The notes beneath the pieces are model-generated. The model made no database searches, was not told the origin of the DNA, and saw only the letters and a program-made list of their open reading frames with translations. Source: Octopus sinensis (taxonomy: Eukaryota). From it: a stretch of 13,136 nt of DNA. How positions within the stretch are numbered: the stretch's first letter is position 1; each line of letters opens with the position of its first letter. Made by a program: the position numbers and the translations under genes. Positions 10,430 through 13,136 of this stretch are shown piece by piece. The DNA is taken from positions 1-13,136 of the forward strand of contig NW_021826345.1 in NCBI RefSeq assembly GCF_006345805.1. The letters run 5' to 3'.

Positions 10430-10650
10430 GTTATGTATGTATGTGTGTGTATATGTTTGTGTGTCTGTGTTTGTCCCCCCAACATCGCTTGACAACCTAT
10501 GCTGGTGTGTTTACGTCCCTGTAACTTAGCGATTCGGCAAAAGTGATCGTTAGAATAAGTCCTGGGGTCGAATTGTTCGACTAAAGGCGGTGCTCCATCA
10601 TGGCCATAGTCAAATCACTGAAACAAGTAAAAGACTAAAAGAGTAAAAGG
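10226..10650 (+). mobile_element. Near full-length SINE family A with two internal deletions and an expanded internal (TA)n/(TG)n tract
   Basis: A-box TGGCTAAGTGG at 10236-10246 and B-box GGTTCAGTCCC at 10279-10289. Colinear with 2084-2490. Confidence 0.93.
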
Positions 10651-10816
10651 AAGAGACGATTAAATTTTAGCACACATTTTATTATAATAGGATAAAAAAA
10701 AACAAACGAGTACAAATTGAGTGAAATGCTTCTTAAAAATTGCAGAGGATTTTCATTTTTATATTCCTGAGCTATCTTCTGCAGTCATGCATTAATAATT
10801 TGATAGATCAAGATAT

Positions 10817-11165
10817 CCTTAGCGGTATTTCGTCTGCCGCTACGTTCTGAGTTCAAATTCTGCCAAGGTCGACTTTGCCTTTCATCCTTTCGGGGTTGAT
10901 TAAATAAGTACCAGTTACGCACTGGAGTCGATATAATCGACTTAATCCGTTTGTCTGTTCTTGTTTGTCCTCTCTGTGTTTAGCCCCTTTTGGGTAGTAA
11001 AGAAATAGGTATTTCGTCTGTCTTTAAGTTCTGAATTCAAATTCGACTTTGCCTTTCATCCTTTCGGGGTCAATAAATTAAGTACCAGTTGCGTACTAGG
11101 GTCGAGATAATCGACTGGCTGCTTCCCCCAAAATTTCGGGTTTGTTCCTAGAGCAGAAAAGAATA
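10817..11165 (+). mobile_element. SINE family C, 5'-truncated, internally dimeric
   Basis: Two related units start with GGTATTTCGTCTG at 10824 and 11008. Each has GACTTTGCCTTTCATCCTTTCGGGGT...TAAGTACCAGTT...GTCGA..TCGACT. Recognised from memory as a common octopus interspersed repeat. Confidence 0.85.
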
Positions 11166-11180
11166 ATTTGATAGGTCTGA

Positions 11181-11429
11181 GTGTTGAGGTTTACTGCTCG
11201 GATTCTGTACGGTTGATCGTGGGAATTTTCCGAGCAGTAAACCTCAACACCCGGTCACAGGAGTGAAACAGAAATCGTCTAATACTTCTAATGCAATGTA
11301 TATTCAACAAATATTGAGAAAAAAATGCGCTCTAACAAACGGGAGTGTGGGGAGGGGGCTCGGAAAATTCCCACGATCAATCGTACAGAATCCGAGCAGT
11401 AAACCTCAACAGTTGAGGTTTACTGCCCG
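11181..11429. repeat. Nested inverted-repeat structure with four copies of an 18-21-bp motif
   Basis: GTGTTGAGGTTTACTGCTCGG at 11181-11201 and its perfect reverse complement at 11230-11250. 11182-11235 versus the reverse complement of 11358-11411 is 53/54 identical. 11396-11410 and 11412-11426 form a perfect 15-bp palindrome with a 1-nt spacer. Confidence 0.95.
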
Positions 11430-11430
11430 T

Positions 11431-11681
11431 TTACATTACTTCATTCTTCATTGAGTCAACTGCTTTTCGGGCATTAACGTGTGCACTGCTTGCAGAGTGA
11501 TTATGGGAGCCCGATGAAAAAAAATATTTCTGGTTCACTGCTTTTGTAAGTTGTATGCAGTCTAGCTTGGCAACCTTTAGAAAACCGCTCTTGGTTTTTC
11601 TACTGTTGTTTCCATGCTTTTCGTATATATAATTCTCTTCATCGCAAAGCTTTCGGTTGTTCTCATGGATGAGATAAATGT
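11431..11681 (-). pseudogene. Frameshifted FLYWCH-type zinc-finger relic, probably the N-terminus of a MULE/Mutator transposase
   Basis: Joining three frames gives TFISSMR/NNRKLCDEENYIYEKHGNNSRKTK/ERFSKGCQARLHTTYKSSEPEIF/FSSGSHNHSASSAHVNARKAVDSMKNEVM*. This fits the FLYWCH pattern F..S.R...L......Y, C.AR.HT, G.HNH. The W-x-C segment is deleted. Confidence 0.72.
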
Positions 11682-12065
11682 CGAGGGAGTCAGAGTTGAT
11701 TCCTCAGAGGTGTCTTCAGCCCTGGTGTTGAGTACGCGTCGTTTACTTTTTCCTTGTTTTTTTTTTACGATTCTTCGATGCAGCGTCCACGACTGTCAGC
11801 AGGCGACTGACAACCCTGTCAGGTTTCCTGTTTAAATACTCGCCGTTATACGTATAGGTGTGTATACATCTATTAGATATGATCGTCGTTATTTTCGATC
11901 TACGGAGACAAAGGTAAATTTCACATGCATATTTGTAAGTCTCCTACAGGTGTATACAAATGTTCTATCATACGTTGATATGTAGACTAGGTTCCTTATT
12001 GACAGGCTTCTTATACTAAACAAAGTGTGAAACACTAATACTATGCTATTATGTAGATCCAATTT

Positions 12066-12654
12066 ATATGTGTGTGTGCGTGCGTGTGTGTGTGCGGGTA
12101 TGTGTGTTCACGTGTATATGTATAGTATATATGTTTATATATGTATATGTGTACGTGTTTGCTTATGTCTGTACATATAAATTTTTTGCATGAAAATATA
12201 CTTACATATATGCATTCATACAAACACATAGTGAATTATAAATATACGTGCTTATATATTTACAGAAGTAAATTCATATATATAGATATACATACACATA
12301 TATGTGCGTGTGTGTATATATATATATATATCCATATATACATAAACATATACACACGCACACACACATATATATATATAATATATACATACATACATAT
12401 ATACATACATACATATATATATATATATACACTATATATATACATATTGATATATATATATATATATATACATAGTGATAATATATATATATTATATATA
12501 TAATATATATATATATATATATCTATATATACATATATATACATATATATATGTATATATGTATAGATGTATATATGTATATATATTATGTATGCATATA
12601 TACATATATATATATATATAATATATATGTATATATATATATATATATATAATA

Positions 12655-12686
<32 letters not shown>

Positions 12687-12690
12687 GAAT
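12066..12690. repeat. Large degenerate (TA)n/(TG)n/(CA)n microsatellite array
   Basis: Direct reading. It is the source of the I/Y-rich spurious ORFs. Confidence 0.96.
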
Positions 12691-12850
12691 ATGTACATAT
12701 ACAACAAGAAAATAAAGGTGATAGGATGATATATGGCTGCACACTACATTCAAGAAACGTACTATCGCGAAATATGCTTCATGAGAGACGTGAAAGACAC
12801 AAAGCACCTTCTGGCGATGTATCGTCTATGTGTGTAAATAGGTGGGCTGC

Positions 12851-12940
12851 ATATATGTATATACATATTTGCGTGTACGTATGTATATGCTTATATATGT
12901 GGGTGTGTGTGTATGTATATATATGTATATGTATATTATC
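12851..12940. repeat. TA/TG low-complexity tract
   Basis: Direct reading. Confidence 0.9.
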
Positions 12941-12961
12941 TACCTATCTAAAAAAAAAAAA

Positions 12962-13136
12962 ACTCTCCTCTCAGACCACGACATGGTACTCGCACAATCT
13001 AATTCCCGACGTATAAAACGCAAACCAAACCAGCATCCCACTCCATGGCACCCATTTGACAAATAAATTTCCACAAAGCGGACTGGGGAACAATCAGAAA
13101 GGATCTGTCTTCCATCGACTGGTCTTTTACTCTCAA
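12962..13136 (+). mobile_element. 5'-truncated LINE ORF2 fragment (end of APE endonuclease plus linker), CR1/L2-like; runs off the window
   Basis: TLLSDHDMV carries the SDH motif that ends APE-type endonucleases. After a 1-nt frameshift at about 13064 it continues FDK/NFHKADWGTIRKDLSSIDWSFTL, the typical NFxKADW...IDW post-endonuclease linker. It is preceded by A13 at 12950-12962. Confidence 0.8.

Overview
AT-rich, microsatellite-dense eukaryotic non-coding DNA, probably intron or intergenic. From recall of its SINE families it is most likely an Octopus/coleoid cephalopod genome; no database search was run. No intact protein-coding gene, rRNA, tRNA or CRISPR array is supported, and nearly all ORFs in the track are microsatellite or SINE artefacts. 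The window holds three tRNA-headed SINE families in several copies (my labels A, B, C) and three unrelated fold-back/MITE-like elements clustered at 5.1-7.0 kb. It also has a nested four-copy inverted-repeat structure at 11.18-11.43 kb abutting a frameshifted FLYWCH (MULE-type) zinc-finger relic, and a 5'-truncated LINE ORF2 fragment at the right edge. The most notable feature, not shown by the ORF track, is a canonical type I hammerhead ribozyme core on the minus strand. It lies in a 154-bp self-complementary unit bracketed by (TA)n arrays (8272-8425). All alignments and counts were done by hand and need computational confirmation.
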